The notes: generated by a model not told the origin, from the letters alone. 64,000 nt of DNA from Octopus bimaculoides (GCF_001194135.2 NC_068993.1:63965347-64029346); one strand, 5' to 3'; shown: positions 36,776 through 51,594, numbered from the stretch's first letter. Translations and numbers: made by a program.

Positions 36776-37546
36776 AGACCTTCATAAATGTGAGCGAGGT
36801 GGAACTCCAATAAACACTTGGTTGTAAAGCAAATTTCTTAATAAGATAGCCTGAATGCTGACGCCTAACAGAAGTACTGTTTGTCTTTGACAGTCACTAT
36901 CTGATACCAGATTTATTTTAAACTTTCGATTGATGCACAGAGAGTTCAACAAATATTTTACCCGTTTGACATCGAAATCTATCAAGCAAGTGTTGGTGGA
37001 TTTCAACTTTTAGAAAAAATAAAAAACACAACTTTAGAATGTAAGAAATATCAAAACAAATGTTTAAGAATTATGTCTCTTCAACTTTATATTTTTCTTA
37101 TGTGAAATACGTGAAAAAAATAATCCAAGAGCAAAATGATAAAATGCTAAAAAATAGAAGAGAAAATAATACAAATAAATGCCGAGATTTTGGCTGTGTC
37201 GTGATTTGGTTTGTTGGAGATATGAAGATTTTCAAAAGATAGATATCATAAGGTTTTATATAACTTTGAACCTATCCTGTTGAATGGGGAATTGACAATG
37301 TATAATATTGAGAAGTTGACAGATCCGGTAACATCATTACCAACCGATGCGAGAGCATCCTCTGTGCACACATATATTGGCAGACATACAGCCTTGTATA
37401 CATAAATATATGGATATAAACAGAAAGAAACGAAAATTATACAGAAAAATACACACATAGAATCAAGATGCAAAAGTACTAAATATCCACGGAGAATATA
37501 GATATAAAGACTAGTCTGTATGTATGTTTATACATACATACATACT

Positions 37547-37614
<68 letters not shown>

Positions 37615-38770
37615 TATATTCATATACATATGTGTATATGTATTCACAGAAAAATAAACATATACTTCATATATCTACTGAAGGAACACACTTGTAACTG
37701 AATAAATGTATACTATGCGCAAATGGAAATATATTTTACCCAGACATACACATACATATATGCGTATAATCATATATATTTATGTAATGTATAGTACTAT
37801 ATCAGTATCTATATAATTGTTTATTTATCTATCTGTCTGACTGTCCGTCTGTTTGTCTGTCTATCCATCTATCTATATAGGTATAAAGCCCACAAACACC
37901 TATGGATGTAAAGCTTAGGAAAATAGTAGATTGAAAGAAATGAGGGCAGCAGAGACATAAAGCAGGAACTACACAATAGATAATAGGAATTAGGTCTCTG
38001 TGATCGTACTAGGAATATAGTATATCCCTTAATCTCTAAATGTTTGTCGAAGAACCTAATGTATCGATGCAATGTCACTTCTGCGTGAAGGACGTATTTC
38101 TATACAGGGAGCCAGGTCACTAAATTAAAAAAAAACCCACTAGCATATCATTTAAATTCATTTAGAAATAAAGTAAGCTGATCATCACAAGCTTAAGCAG
38201 ACTAATCTGATCCCTTAAAGATAGGATTTATAAGTTTACCACAGGATGGGAGATAATTAGTAAACCATATGGAACAAGGGGAAATCGATGTGAGCTATGT
38301 ATAAACCAGTTAGTTCACTTGTTTGTATGGAGGAATTTACGCCGTTTTTTCTTTCAGCGAAGCCACTCCTTTTAAGTACTTCATTATAATATTTTGAATT
38401 ATCATTCAAATTCTCTTTCATTTATTGACAACTTAGATATTCAATGTAAAAGATTTCTTACAAGATTCCTTATAAAGAGACAAGAATGGTTAAAATGATT
38501 GTGGTGGTAATGCAGGTTTTATACGGTTAAAGGAAAGTTAGCAAGAGTCCAACGCTTTGTGTTACAATCCTAAAACACAATGGAATTGCAGCATATACAC
38601 AGCCTACCAGTTGAGACATGTCTGATACTGTCTTCCATAACGACATCAACGTATTAATCATCAATATTGTACTACCAAATGGCTGTATTGTTGGACAGGA
38701 GCCAACTGATAAGATAAGAAATTATCTTATGACAACCGAGAAACGTGTGTAAAATTTCCTTTGCAACTAA

Positions 38771-38962
38771 GGCTGCGGGCTGGCAGAATCGTTACCGCGC
38801 CGGGCAAAATTCTTAACGGCATTTCGTTTGTCTTTACAATGAGTTCAAATACCGACGAGCTCGACTTTGCCTTTCATCCTCTCTGGGTCCATAAAATAAG
38901 TACCAGTTGTGTACCTACGCCCCCGAAATTGCTCCTTGTGCAGAAATTTGAAACCAATATTT
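38771..38962 (+). mobile_element. SINE family A copy
   Basis: gggctggcagaatcgttaccgcgccgggcaaaat...ctcgactttgcctttcatcc...aatttgaaacc. Confidence 0.9.
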
Positions 38963-39025
38963 CATTCGCTATTGATGCATAAACATTTTTGTAAATAATG
39001 GTCAAGACAGACATAGATATGTTCT

Positions 39026-39143
39026 CTTTTTCTTCTTTTTTTCTTTTCTAGTCTAGGCATAAGGCCCGAAATTTTTTGGGAGGGGGCCAGTCGATTAGAT
39101 CACCCCAGTATGTAACTGGTACGTAATTTATCGACCCCGAAAG
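39026..39143 (-). mobile_element. 5'-truncated SINE family A copy with 17-bp target-site duplication
   Basis: agacatagatatgttct at 39009-39025 and 39144-39160 flanks the SINE 3' half and its A-rich tail. Confidence 0.85.
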
Positions 39144-40606
39144 AGACATAGATATGTTCTAGTGTATGGCTGTATTTGATTCTGTTAACATTGATGCTGC
39201 TTCCCCACACAACATTTTTAGCGTTGTTCGCATATTTTATAAGAATTGGCTAATTCATTGGAAGATGCGAAACACTTGAAATATTTCTGAAACTGAAAAA
39301 TATAAATTTAATTATTCTTTATTTAATAATAAAACTTTCTTTATTATGAAAATTTAATAGTAACAGCATTATTCTACGAGGTATCTTTTTTCATATTTCT
39401 TCTCTACATCATTCGAATACTACAAAATATTTTCTTGGACGAAATTATGCATTATTGCAAATGTATTGGAGATACAATCGACTCTCGCCAATATACGAAA
39501 ATTACAAAACAAAAAAAAAAAAGCAGAGAAATTTGCTAAAAGTAGTTCACAGATTCAGTAAATACTGGAAAGAACACTTGATTAAGAAAAATCACTGATC
39601 GCATGAAAAAATGTTAAAAGTCTATTGGAATATAGTTAGCCATAGAGAATTTATAAAATGGAATAAGAATTCCAGTATGAATACTTATTGATCGTGTTAA
39701 GTAGATAAACGATGATGTGCAGTCATGAAAAGATTAAAAATATATACTATGGAAGAGATAAACGGAATTATATATAAGAGCGAACGTAGCATCATAAAAA
39801 TGGTAAGAAAAAGTGATATAGCATTCGCATGTTAAATGTAGTAAACCAAATGATTTATTTATTAAACGTGAGAGGAGAAATATTGCATTACCTTTAATGA
39901 TTAATTTGTTGTCAAGAAATTTAATTCAGACAATTCAGGAAGAATGAATCTGAATTTTGTACAATGAAAACTTTGGTCATATTACGGCTTTTTTAGATTT
40001 CCTCAATGAAGCATATATTTCGCGGTGCTTATCATTAGAATGACATAGAAAATATACAGTTTTTACCGTAAAGCATTTACCACTTAGGAAAATTAAAATA
40101 ATTATTGTAGAACTTTTTCCCGAATGATTTCTGCTTAAGCAAAATCCTTTAGGAGTGAAATGACTCTATTAATCCTGTTAGTGTCCATTCAACAATTTGT
40201 TGTTTTTTTTTATGTATATGGCAACCTAGAAAGTATTACGCAATGAATAATACAGCTGTACCCGATATCTCCAATTTCTTTTCTGCGGCTAGCTTTCATC
40301 CTCGGACAATGGCCATGTCACGAAATCTCCTTTTCAAGTAGTGTGGATTACAGTGTTCCTATTTAATATCTTTATCAATTAACATTTCATCATTTCGGCA
40401 CGAAGAAAGAGAAAGTCCAACCGCGTGGGATTTGAACTCGTTAGGAAGGGCGTAAAGCAACGTAACGAAATGCCAAATCGTACGTGCCAAATGTTGAATA
40501 GTTCCTGAATAACGAAACAGCTAAAGTATAAAATATATATCACAAAGCAGGTAGAATCAGAGGAAAGTTACATCAGTGAAGAAATTGTATACTCCGAGGA
40601 AGAAGT

Positions 40607-40832
40607 GAAGGCGCCTGGTATATTGGTTAGTGTGTTGGAACCAGGATCGTAGAGATCATTGCTTTGATTCCTGGACCGAGCAATGCCTTGTGTTGTTGCT
40701 CCAGCACACTCAGCTGGCAAAAATGAGTAATCGTGCCACTGATCGGCGTCACGTCTAGTGGGGAATACATGGATCGCAGGAACGAGGAAAACAGCTTTAT
40801 ATGTGACTCAGAAAGGAGCTTTGTTCGTTTTT
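40607..40832 (+). mobile_element. SINE family C copy
   Basis: ggcgcctggtatattggttagtgtg...ttgctccagcacactcagctggcaaaaatgagt...ggggaatac...ggagctttg. Confidence 0.7.
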
Positions 40833-40878
40833 GTGAGGAAAAAGGGAAGGCGAATAGTTTCAGGTAAAAACATTCATT

Positions 40879-40918
<40 letters not shown>

Positions 40919-41837
40919 TAATAATAATAATAAAAAAAACAACTAATAATCAATTAATTGATGTTAAAGATAAAATTTAATATAAAAAGTACGATGACGC
41001 GAAAAAATCTTATAAATAACATTAGATATACGGGATACAGTGATAGATGTATGGTGAGTTATAGACCTGCTGAAGTTGAATTTGCCTTTCATCCTTCTGG
41101 GTTTCCATAAAATAAAGAACCACTCAAGCCATCAGCATGAAAGAACCGATAATATCAATCCCATAAACTCGAAACGTTATGTTAATATTATCCGCATTCG
41201 CAAATAATGAGCCAAAGCTTCTCTATGGAGAATAAGAACGATATCTTATCTAAAGAATTATGTAAGGATCTAAGGTAAAGAATTAGCTTACTTGGATGTG
41301 GAGAAAATATTTAACAGTTTTATCATTTAGTAGATATCACACTCATTCAGGTCCATCAAAAGTGATGTAAGTGGCCGATGCAGTGCGGGAACTTGCTTGA
41401 TATTTACTAGTTATTCTTCTTCACTTAAAAATGAGAGTGAAATTACCATTATCCACGCCCACACAAGACACCGTTACGTAGAAAAATCGACCCCGGACAA
41501 ATCCCAGCTATATTCACGTGCGAAGACGAAACAACAAATGAACAGACAATCGCCCCCCCCCCCCNNNNNNNNNNNNNNNNNNNNNNNNNNNNNNNNNNNN
41601 CCCCCAATGCATATGTATATACACTCGTCTTGCTGGAAGTAGCGACTGGACAAACTCATTAAATAATGCGGTTCTATATTGACCATGTTTGATAAAAGAC
41701 GACATTGCCACGACAAGAATATCTTTGGTCTCACGTTCTTTGACGTTCGAGGAAATATATTGATCTGGTTCTAATCTATTACTGCTACTGCTGCTGCTGC
41801 TGCTGCTACTACTACTACCACCACCACCACCACTACC

Positions 41838-42130
41838 AGTAGTCCAACTTGTGTATGTAAACAGAAAAATGAAACCATTGATCATGTTGTCTCCATGAGC
41901 ACCCTTCCTACGCCTACAGAGTATCTCAACAGGCATGATAGAGCGGCACAGTATATTCACCGGGTCATTTGCGAAGCCCTGCATCTGCCCCGTGATAAAA
42001 ACTAGTAGGAATACAAACCCCGTACAGTGCTTGAAAATGATCACATTTCTCTCCTCTGGAACTTTACTGTTCAAACTGACAGAAAAGTAGATGCAAATAG
42101 ACCAGACATTATATTGAAAGATTTCAGACA
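41838..42130 (+). mobile_element. RLE-type non-LTR retrotransposon fragment (R4/Dong-like), Zn-knuckle and restriction-like endonuclease
   Basis: CVCKQKNETIDHVVS..EYLNRHDRAAQYIH.VIC..VLENDHISLLWNFTVQTDRKVDANRPDIIL. Confidence 0.8.
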
Positions 42131-43254
42131 ATGTCCATTGTATACTTACATAGAACTCAAATGCTTTGATTTATATTTAATATCTGAATTATTTCGCCTT
42201 TCAATATCTTTTAATACTCTCAATGAAACCAGTACATCTGAATATAAAAGAAACGGTCACATCCCGTCCTACTGTAACAAAGTAAATAAAAAACGAAGGA
42301 CCGCATCGGATAATGATTTTGACAGAGAAGTAGGAAAATAAAACGGGCTGGTCATGACTGGAATCCTTTTGATCATACTCTTACCCATTCTAATCTACCC
42401 TCAAGTTAAGCTTCCAATGGATTATTTAATTCTAATGGTTCAAATTGGAGAGTAAGCGCTATAAAGAACATAATGAATAATGATTCGTATTTTCTCTTTC
42501 CGCATAACATAATGAGAAATTATTAAGTACTGTTAAGAAGAAAAGAAAGCTTAAGGGCAAAAATATTTGAAATTTTGTCACATGCAGAGAGCAATGCTAG
42601 AGCATCGGAAAACATTCGAGGACTTAGACATGTGCAATTAAATTTCTTTGAGTCAGCAACAAATAATTAATAAATTAACATTAAAATAATTACAAGATTT
42701 AAAAATTCTCCGAGGTATCATCTTTACGTAATTATATCATACAATGAAGTAATTATAGCCAAAATAAATTATCAAATTAATAAATACAAGACAACATCTA
42801 AAAAAGACAAACGCGTGTGCTAATAGACGGTAATTGTTTGAGATCTGCTGTCTCTATTATTTAAAATTCTTCAATTACAATCAGTTGCAAAGTTCCATTA
42901 ATCCAATATTTTCAAGATACCACCAGTGTAGTAATCTTACAGGTCATGTCATAGAACATCCTTAGGAGGATTGGAACTATGGTAAAGTGGCATTAAGAAA
43001 TATAATTAAACAAAAGGAATGTTGGCAAACTAGAAATTCCATAGTGTTTAGGGTCAAGAATTTGATACTGCGATAATTATAGTTTACCTAAGAAAACATT
43101 TTCTTAGGAAATATATAATCTAAGGGAAGACAGGGTGAGCGAGTTTTATCTTCGGATAACCGTACCCTGAGCGAAAGTACTGGATTGGACTGCATCGAAA
43201 AATGCACATGTCTTAGTCTGTCTTTAATTACTTTGCCTCGTTGTCTACCCAAAG

Positions 43255-43298
43255 CCAACGGTTATACAAAGACAACAGCTCCAGAAGGACTGCGTGAT
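43255..43298 (+). CDS. Candidate 44-nt exon
   Basis: Pyrimidine tract ctttaattactttgcctcgttgtctacccaaag| and |gtaagt donor; two open frames. Confidence 0.2.
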
Positions 43299-43788
43299 GT
43301 AAGTAACCACAGTGAAAAACCACCTAATACTAAGCGCCGATGGGTTGGTATATTTTGGACAACACTCTCTCAAGGAACAGCGCTTTTTACAATGAAATAA
43401 AATCATAATTGTTAGGGACAGTGTGGCCTTCGGTAGACTTCGAGAGTACATTGGGTGAGAAAGTGTTTTAGTAAATAAAATAAGTTAAATATTAAACGAA
43501 TCTTTGTGCTACCATTTAAATTATATACAAATATGATGTGAACTGTTTGCAGCAAGCACATTATGAAGATTAAATCCCATCTAAGCAACCTGTGCAAAAT
43601 GGCGCACATTCTCGATGACAGTTCAGAGTCTCAAACAGAGGTTTCCAGTGGCACACTGTGACCCACCATTCAGAATTTTACCAATGCTATGTAAAGAAGG
43701 ACACAGATTCGGTGCTTTCAATCTTTCTATCTACTAATATATGTGTGTACTTATGATTGTTTCTCTCTCCTTCTCTCACTGTGTGTGC

Positions 43789-43869
<81 letters not shown>

Positions 43870-44838
43870 TGTGTGTGTTTGTGCTTATGCTGTGCTTGTG
43901 TACCTTGTGCCTTTTCTGACATCGAACAGAATCTGTAACAATGTTCCATATTAGACTTTCTTAGTGTGTCTAATGTGAAAACTAGTTTACTTTCATGTTT
44001 TCTAATCAATTTTGTCATTGCTATTATCACCGTGAGAAATGAAAACTGAAATAATGAGCCTTAAAATATTATTTTTTGTATTAATAACCTCAGATATATT
44101 TTGGTATTTTACTAGCGACAAAGAATTTGATTTAATTATTGGTGAAACTTAAAATCAGTAGAATTTTCCAAATGAAATCAATCACGCCCACATGAACTAA
44201 AAGTAAAAGCTCCCATCAAACCTGCTCAAAGCTATCGGTAATGATATTTAGCTGCCATCTTGATTAGAGGATAGATGCACAAATAATCCACTAGTGTATT
44301 ATAGACTCACTTTATTTCTCTTTACTGTATTGTAAAAAAAGTCATTCACACACAGAAAATGTTCGACTGGAATTTAAAGAAAATGATTGAACGTAAAAAG
44401 CAATGAATTTAATCCAATACAAATATGAAAATTAGAATTATATTTCATTACAGAAAGCTAAGAAAAAAGTAAAACTGTTTCTTATTTTTAGAATAGATGT
44501 ATTTGTTGAAATACGTAGTGAGAAGGAAAAAATAAAGATGGAGGAATGAAAGAAATAAAGAATGGCTTGCATCTCGATATCTGTAATTGTTTATCACACA
44601 GCATGTGGTGCTATTTATGCTTTTAAGACATACCACGAATGTGATTCCGTTGGTATCTATGATTGTCAACGTAGCATATTCGATATGATGGGTTGGATGT
44701 CTTCCAAAGAAGTGAATTCATAGCGCGTAGGACAGAGGAGCTTAATGTGAAGCCAATCACCATACGCACGAATAACGTGTTCTGCATGCTGGTACATTGT
44801 AAATTTTAGACGCAAACACACACACACACACACACACA

Positions 44839-44882
<44 letters not shown>

Positions 44883-44904
44883 TGCACATACATACATACA
44901 TACA

Positions 44905-45660
44905 TATATATATCACGAGATTTTGCGAAACGGCCACTGAAATAGAGGAGGCAATGAGAGGTTCCACAATCTGCAAATCGCCGGGTATGCTAGATATATT
45001 TGGCGGCCTCCTGACAGACCTCTCCCTTAACTTGCAGCAAAAATGCAAAATACCTAGTGCTGTTAGCCAGTGTTGTAACGCTGCGCAGGAAGGATGCCGA
45101 CAAAGGAACGCGCTTGGCAATTTTCGACCCATGAACACAGAGATTAAGATTTTGGCTAAGGTGTTAACGAAACAAGTTGGCGTTTGTGGTCGGTAGACAA
45201 GAGGTCCTAGTACTGTCAGTGCTACTTAAGGGTGCTACCGGTTTGAGATAAACTCTGCAGGTATAGATGTTCTGTCAGGCGGGCTTTTGTCCGAGATGCA
45301 CACAAAGAGATGAAACTGTTCTGCAATGCACTCTTTCGGTGTCTGGACATTGCCGACTTCAGGAATAAAGTGGAACACCTGCTGTTGCATGCGGGATGGA
45401 TTTTTCTATCAACCGAGTTTATAGTGATGATTTCCCCACTGCCCTACTTCAACCAGGCAGATAAAACAGTCTTCCTTTGTCTGGTGGACGAGGTTGAAAG
45501 GCCCGAGGACAATCCCCTTTCATACAGCCCTCATAGAAACCTTTCAGATTTCAATTAAAACGGAAAATTAAGGTGGAGAGGGCGGTGCTGTCCTCGGTTG
45601 AGTTTATTGAAAGTTGCAAGAAGGGCAAATGTGGATGGCACCGCTCTAGGCATAAACTTG
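44905..45660 (+). mobile_element. Tx1/L1-clade LINE, internally deleted (RT start joined to C-terminal Zn-knuckle and end)
   Basis: ATEIEEAM..KSPG..DIFGGLLTD..QQ..IPS.VS..GNFRPMNTEIKILAKVL (44920-45190), followed directly by PVRDKLY..CPRCTQRDETV..EHLLLHAGWIFLSTEFIVMISPLPYF..FQLKRKIKVERAVLSSVEF. Confidence 0.8.
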
Positions 45661-46488
45661 AGAGTCAAAGAACTGGGATTGAATATCACTTGCCTTCGAT
45701 ACTCGGGGAGGTTAGAAGTGATGGGGTTCTTCGATTACCCCTAGAGTTAATCCTGATACAAGAAGTCTATACCACTATCATATTTTTATTTGCTTTACTG
45801 ATGTATGCCATGCATACTCAATTTCTTTCATTTTATTGTACACCGGGTAGATTTTCGACTTCTTTTGGCGAATCACTTCATGTCATATAACCCCCCCCCA
45901 CTCTTTATGCCCATCTTTGTATTGCCCCTTCATTTCTTGGTCTGTTGGCAAATGAAATCATCACCATTGTCGTCGTGGCTATCGTCGTCATCGTCGTCAT
46001 CATCGTTGTCATCGTCGTCGTCGTCATCATCATCATCATCCTTTTGTTTATATACTTATTCTACATAATTTCTTCATAAATTTAATATGGAAATATTCCA
46101 CTGAGATAAACAATACAATTTAAACAAGAATGCAAATCAATTTAGTTACAGTATAGCCTATTTAGAAAGAATTTGTTAAAAATGGAAAAAAAAGGAAGGA
46201 GAAAGATGGCGAAAACGCCAAAAGGTATTAAAGTGAAAGATGGCAAAACGCATTTAGTTTGAAGTCGGTGTGATACTAAAATATTTCTAAGTTATTTTCG
46301 CTGTCAGTATTTCCATCTGATTAAGAGTTGATTTATTCCGATTGTGACAACCACCGATTAAAGTCGCCCAACGTTTGCAATTGTGAATCTTATTCATATT
46401 AAATTGTTTGAGAGCCGCGGCTTATATGACTTTGCATTAAATTTAATCATCTTTTCAGAAGACTTATTCCAAAATCGACCCTAAGCCA

Positions 46489-46556
<68 letters not shown>

Positions 46557-47382
46557 ATAATAATAATACTGCTGCTGCTGCTCTCTTCCCTTATTTGCTT
46601 TCTGTTTATTAATTTGCCTTTTTTATTTTTTAAAAATTATTTTTGCTTTCTCACGACATTTTCTGTTTCGATCGGCTTTCCTGTACCTTCTACCCCCTCT
46701 GTCTCCTCCTTCCCCACATTGTCTTCCATACATTTACCAATGATAGGGATATAGCAATTGTTTATCTCGGTCGTTTAGAAGCAGCCTCCCATTACTGTGT
46801 GTTTCATATTTACTATCGTTCTACAACGTAATCGATGGCGTAGCGCAATATATCGGATGCAGTGTGTAAACGATTTCTCTCTCTTTCTCTCATACTTCTC
46901 AGGCATCAAAACTATAATTCTTCAACAAATGTAGATTGCTAGGAGATTGCTAGGGAAACACAATTTACGATCTGTCACGTGCGGAGAGTTATCTTGCCAT
47001 TTGCCATACGACAATAACATTGAAGCTCACTTATATTTCCCACGTCCTTAAACTAATGATCGTGTTTCCTTGTCTAGTGGAGTTGTGAAGCATACATAAA
47101 CTATATGTCTCTTAGTTGAGAAGTAACAAGTTCATACAAACTGAAGACTTTACTTTAAGACCTGCTTAAATATAGAATCGCAGTATATATTTTAATATGG
47201 TTTAAGATTTCTCTGTTTGAATTGCTTAGAATTAATTAGTAAAATGTTGGAACTGATGGATACTGGAAGAGGAGAAGCAAGAATTAGGAACCAAAACAGC
47301 TATATATATCATACGAAAATAGAGTAACGAAGCACAGTAATATCAATTCTTTATATTCCGAAGACGACATTTTGCTTTACAG

Positions 47383-47439
47383 TGACGATGCCTACATAAA
47401 CGTTAAGTATGAACCAATGCGATTCTCACGCACGTGTCG
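47383..47439 (+). CDS. Candidate 57-nt symmetric internal exon (unidentified gene)
   Basis: ttttgctttacag| ... |gtaaat; one frame reads DDAYINVKYEPMRFSRTCR. No homology recognised. Confidence 0.25.
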
Positions 47440-48431
47440 GTAAATTCACCGCTGAAGACCATATTTACTTCACAACAGTTAAACTTCATAAAGCATCCTT
47501 TGAACTTCAAAGTATTATAAATCATGTTATTAATAATATCTTCAAACTTTTTACCATCAACTTTTTACCAGTTTCGTCACTACGTAGAAATCAAACGGTA
47601 GAGAAGTGTCGTCTCACTTTACTTTCCTTCTAGTAGTCAGTGTTTACTATGCATTTGAAAGAGATAGGATCGAATAGTCTCCAAACTTACATTCTTAGAA
47701 CTAGTGTCTCTTTGCTCCTTATAAAGACACTTGCAATCGTAGTTTAAAATGTCTTCTTTAATCCATGTTATATTTTGATTTAGGTAATGTATTTTACTTC
47801 CGTTTCCCAAACGCTTTAGTAATAAATGGAGAAATTTAACCACTCGTTAGCAAGACTATAATTGATTTTGATGTATTATTCTTCCTTATATTATTCTAGT
47901 TAATTTATTACACAAATCTCCACTTCTATTTCTATTTTTTGTTTAACAAGTTACACTCAACTTCCTTGTTGACTTACACTTTCATTTGCGCTTTCTATAT
48001 ATTTGAAATGACTGCGTAAAACATAACATATCGCTAGGTTTGTGCTTTTCTTCTTGTCGACACGCTGCAATGACGATTGATAGTTTGTGTATATCTTATT
48101 TTAAGTTTAAATTTATCCCAATATATAATTTCTCCCTGATTTAGTATTTGGTAGGATAGAGAAAATTTTGATTTCGAAGACGTCTGAGTTAGCGAGCCAC
48201 ATCAAGAACCTGAAGGACACAGATATACAAACACGGCAGCAAGTGGCAAATTGTGAGATCTTGACCAAACATTATTGTGTTTAAAACGTGCAGGGTTATA
48301 TATATAGGGGTGCATATATATATTTGTATATGTTTGCATGTATTTGATACAATATGAATTATTTCTACCCTCCTAACCCTGCACTTTTGTTGTATTTCGG
48401 GATGGTTATTTTGTTTTCTGACAAACAAACA

Positions 48432-48721
48432 CATGCACTATATATTTGTTTTTCAATCGTTTATTGCTGTTCTTATCATAACTCATGTCCACTGTCCGGA
48501 AATCTTTCGTCACTCGTCTGTGTCCTCTTCAATGACACTTTTTGTTTTCGAGTGTGCTCACTCCATTCTACTCCTAGATAGTGAAGTAGAGCAAGGGCAC
48601 ACACGAAAGTGAAAAGTCAAGTGAAGAGGTCACAAATGTGTGAGGAAAGATTTCCAGACAATGGTCATGAGTTAGAATAAGGACAGTAATAAGCGATTGA
48701 AAAACAAATATGTAGTGCGCG
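48432..48721. mobile_element. MITE-like foldback element, about 125-bp inverted arms
   Basis: 48432-48558 is approximately the reverse complement of 48595-48721 (about 80% by eye). Confidence 0.8.
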
Positions 48722-48799
48722 AGAGCGTAGGAAACACGCGAAATCAAGGGCAATAACACCAATATTGAGACTTCTGCAACAATTACCAATAAATACAAC

Positions 48800-49640
48800 A
48801 AACAACATCAGCAATTTGAAGGAAGAGAGAAAAGAAAAACAAAATTCCTGCTTCCCCACCTCATCAACGAATATAATTTTTCAACATATGAAAAGAAAAA
48901 TCAGCATCAGCTCGACTACTAGGACTAACATGACAAAAGCTTCGAAATGTAACCAGGGCACCCAGAATAATGAGCACAGCCAGGCGGATGCGAACATCTG
49001 CAGGAAATCTCTATAAATTCCCTCTAAACCATGAAGAGTTAAAACTGATCAGAGATATTTTAAAACAAAAAATGGAGAATGGATAAACGCTTAACACATC
49101 CAGATGGCACCCGTCTGTTCGTAAAAGTGAAGGGAAAAGGACAATGTGCAGCATACGGACATCTGTGATCCATTTAAAGGCTTTCCACCCCTAGCGAGTC
49201 ACTATGACCACCACTACTATAACCAGAGACACCACTAGTACAACAGACTCCACAAACACCATAATACTACAATACCGTAGCAAACACGAGCGCAACCCAA
49301 TTTACACTCTCGCCGACATCCCGAACAGAGCCCACAAACCAAACAGATGGAAAATATTAATCGATTACAAAACCGTACACATAAACAGTAAAGTATTAAT
49401 GGAATAGCAGCATACGAACTTTAAGTATGAACTCACTACATAACATGCCAACTCATATTGAGATTCTAAAAACAAAATCGAGAAACATATAGCACAGCGA
49501 AGACAAAATATGCCGATGGAATGGAAATTTTCCGTGGTACTATAGATTAAAAAAAATATGTAAAGAAATACTTGTAGAAACACTCATAAATAGTCAGAAG
49601 GACGGAGAATATATCCTTCCACAGAAATAAGGTAAACGTT
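48800..49640 (+). mobile_element. Highly decayed Penelope-like element (RT thumb to GIY-YIG)
   Basis: Fragments DANICRKSL / NHEELKLIRDILKQ(NG) resemble RA..IC...EEL..I...L..NGY; ANSY*DSKNKIEKH resembles YIGET.R.L..RI.EH; terminal ETLINSQKDGEYILPQK. Many frameshifts. Confidence 0.4.
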
Positions 49641-50712
49641 TCTTAACGCGTTCTTGCACCAAATAAAACCTAACTCAGAATTGGAAGTGTGAATGCAAGT
49701 TGCCTGTGGTGGCATGGAAATAAGACAACCTGCTCAACGACCTAGAATTTCCGAGCTGCGAGCATTCATTGTACCGTTGTGGCTACTATGATATATTTTG
49801 TGGTATCGTTGTACCGGCGAAGAAGCTTTTGTGGAAGCTAGTTTTCTTCACTCCAGTTTCTCCATTCATTGAGGATTTCATTGTTTAATGCTCTCAGTAT
49901 GGTTTTCCATTTGTTTATTTCTTTTCTAGCAAGTTTAAATCCTTTCCTTTGTTTACTTATTTTCATCATGTTCATATGGTGTTTTCATAAGACTTCTCCT
50001 TATATACAACAGATTTGTTTATTCAGTGCTGATGCATTTATTTTGTCTTAAGCTGAATTGAGTTTCAACGTTTTTTTCATTAGATTCAATGCTTCATAAA
50101 ATGGATTGTCATCGATTTTGTTTCATACATTTTTGGAGTTTCAATGGATTCAAAGAGTGTTTTTACAATGTGGCTTAAAATTTCAATATCATCACTTCAA
50201 TGCTTAGTGAAGTATCGAGGGAAGCTTGGAAAGGATCGATCAGACTCTTGGCGATCCAAGCTGGTTTGATTTCAAAACGTAAAATCTATTTTCATTTTGC
50301 CAGTAAATTTGCCACCTACGCATCAGTGGTAGCTTTGTTAGTTCTTGTTATACTTTGCAAGACTTATATATTTATGAGATTAGTAGCCCATGTACTTCAA
50401 ATTTTAGTAGCCTTTCTAATTGAAATTTACGTCGTTTAGAAATTCACTAGGTTGTTGTTTCTCTAATTTAACTATAATTCTCTCTACTTATGTCTGCTGA
50501 TATAAAGTACAATTAACTATAATAATATTCTAGGCATTCCTGAAGTCCGTCGACAACAACATGTAAGTGGACCAGGATCCACGTTATGACAAACTTATTT
50601 ACCAATTGAGATTATTTTTGTTTCGTTTTAGTTCAGCTACCTATTTATCTGTATATCTACTAATATATCTTTCTGTCTGCATATGTACTGATATATCTGT
50701 TAATGCACCTAT

Positions 50713-50806
<94 letters not shown>

Positions 50807-50823
50807 TTCTATCTATACATACA

Positions 50824-50854
<31 letters not shown>

Positions 50855-51594
50855 TACAAGGAGATTATATAAGCAATACCTTCCAAGTTTATTTTCGATA
50901 ATATGGATATTTCTTGAGAAAAAAAGAGAGGATTTCAAATGAATTCTGTGCTTGCGTCTAATGTATTTACATGTTTTCAAATATTCTGACATACACTGAG
51001 AAGTTCCTACGCGTCCCTCTAGTTAGCTGTTGTCCTCTTACATTATTTCAGTCAAGGGAGAATTTTCTATGGCCATGCTAGTTTCTTTGAGCAATTTTGG
51101 TGCTTAAGATTCCTAGAATGAAAGTGTAATAGCTCGTGTGATGGTCGCTGGCTTTGTTAAGCTCTTTGTTGAATTGTTCCGCTTCTTGCAGATGCAGGTT
51201 CATGTTGTATTTACCGATGGCACTTTTGTAGATAACACATTTTCCATCTTATTCAAAATACATCCACACTGAACCAGTCGTAAACAACCCGAAACTGAAA
51301 TTTGTAAAAGAAGTGTATTCAATTAGAATATCTAATTGTGAACCCGCTTCTCTCGCCAAAGTAATTATGTAGACGTTTAAATGTTCAAGAAAACTCTATT
51401 TGACTTTCAAGTAAATGTTACAAAATCAAATTTTGAGGGATCATCGTATTGACCATCGTTTATACTAATAAACAATATTAATAATTATAACGTGGAAACG
51501 TTCATTCACTGATAAGGAATGTTTAACCGATGGATTGAAGAGTATAACTTACTACTGATTCCAGAAGCCGCATAAGGTCGGAAGATGGTGGAGA

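Noticed and set aside
41600-41770. Protein-like minus frame LEPDQYISSNVKERETKDILVVAMSSFIKHGQYRTALFNEFVQSLLPAR
   Set aside because: No usable acceptor or donor, no recognised family, and wedged between a gap and repeats.
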